A stretch of DNA of 21,056 nt, taken from positions 97,632-118,687 of the forward strand of contig NIVC01003114.1 in the NCBI GenBank assembly GCA_002269645.1, in the 5' to 3' direction. The translations under genes were made by a program, and so were the position numbers. The notes beneath the pieces are model-generated. The model made no database searches. It was not told the origin of the DNA and worked only from the letters and a program-made list of their open reading frames with translations. Below are positions 19,324-21,056 of this stretch, piece by piece. Source of the stretch: Macrostomum lignano (taxonomy: Eukaryota). Position 1 is the first letter of the stretch. Every line of letters begins with the position of its first letter.

Positions 19324-21056
19324 AAGGAAATATTTATGCAGTGTGATACAAAGCAGCGTGGCAGCTTGGCGCACTTTTTAGGCTAAATTTTTGGCCTCAA
19401 CACACTTTTAAGCTGAAGGCTATCACTTCTTGGCGCACATCCAAGCAGTTTGTACAAAAATCCCAATTGAATAGATAGATAGGCTTCTAGCTAATTTGGC
19501 AACAAGCCAATTTAGTAATAACCATTGAGCTATGCATTTCCACAGTCCATTACAATAGACAAAAACTCAATAGATTGAATCCAAATGATAATATATATAT
19601 GCTAGACTGGCTAGACTACATACTTGAATAATTTATTTTTATTTTTATCCCTCTTTTGTATATCTATATTTTACAAAACTAACTTAACTTTATGTTCCCT
19701 TTATTTATTCTTTCTATAGCATAGCAATCATATGACTTGATAGCTTTATCTGATAGCAGTTGCAAATGAGCCTTTGAGTGGAAAACAGTTCATTATGCAT
19801 ATACATATATTTATGATATACAATATATATAATATCTATACTTTTGCAACAAAAAGTGCAAAGTGTAAAAGTCTTAGTACAAAATACAATTCAACCAGGA
19901 TTTTTTATGTTTAGTCTATTCAATAATTGTTCTTAGTGTCTCAACACTTGTTTTACTATATGCTTTAGGCCTAAGCATATGTGGCTTATACTAGGCCTAG
20001 GAAAAACATGTGATATGTATGTGGTAGTTGGTTATTACTTTGGCTAATTTTAAAATCTAAATAAACATGCAAACACAACTCAATGGATGACAAATTATAG
20101 CACTGTTTTAACTGCCCCCTCATATGTTGCCAAACTGACTATTGCTATTGCCAAATTGCTTGCCTGTTGCTAAGTCAACCTGTAGAATAAGATCTTATCA
20201 ACCAAACAAGGGATCTTAAAAAACCAAACATACAAATGACTTTCATTTTTATTGTCTCATGAGGAATATATTTTAGGAGTCTAAAAAAGTAACATATCAT
20301 TTGAAAGAGATATTCTCATCTACAAAATGAGATAAAGTTTTGACAATCTACTCAATAGATACTGACTGATACTCGAGGTCAAGAATAGGCCATAAGTAAA
20401 CAAAGTGCAATAAAGTTAAGCAACTATTCATTTGAAAGAAAAAATGTTTTGAACAACTTTGGGGTAGTTTTATTTTATTACATATAAAAAAATGCTATGT
20501 ATAAGAGAATGTCGAAAAATGACACTTTTATGACATGTTCAGTTGATGAATCTTACCCTACCAAAGCCAAACTGCCAAATTAACTGGTTCCCAAAGGACA
20601 GATGGTATACCTCATAACTGTACACTGGAAAATTTTGGTGTACAGAGGGATCTGGCATACACTATTGTGAACTATTGGCATACAAATTGGTGTATGCCTA
20701 CAAAGGGTCAAAGGGCCTGGTGTACTGCATTGTACTGTCTGTACCCTTGTGTACAAGCTCAAGCTTGGTGTATAGAGATCGCTGAGACAGCAAGAGGGAT
20801 TAGCCTAGGCCTAATTGTTCTGAATCCGAACCAATAAACATATTTGCGTACAAAAAATACAAGTTAAAGTTTGGAATAGTCTCTATATGCATAGATGGAG
20901 CAAACTAAAATTGTTTCAGAAAAATATAGTACGGAAAATTTTTACTAGTGTAACGTCGTCGCTTCTGTATTGAAAATGTTCAATTTCGTATTTATGGTTT
21001 TTTTGCAATTAATATTTAAAACTATATCTATTTTGGTCTAATGTTTGTAACTTATT

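Overview
Animal genomic DNA with spliced genes. CpG-rich exons, minisatellite-filled introns and an RTE-like LINE are reminiscent of the flatworm Macrostomum, but the species cannot be confirmed from the window. Left part (1-14.2 kb): the 3' end of a probable PH-domain gene (+), then three minus-strand genes, RNF41/NRDP1 (3 exons, two apparent 1-nt frameshifts), an intronless and N-terminally shortened RPS11, and a 4-exon WW+BAG co-chaperone (BAG3-like, 254 aa). Eight different minisatellites (21-36 bp units) make up about 60% of this part; several abut splice sites or share cores. Right part (about 14.5-20.8 kb): a near CpG-free domain containing a dead APE+RT non-LTR retrotransposon. Its conserved motifs have been destroyed mostly by C>T/G>A transitions on both strands, mainly at CpG but apparently also at CpA. 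This RIP-like or methylation-driven hypermutation domain is the most striking signal. All counts are manual, and no database search was run.
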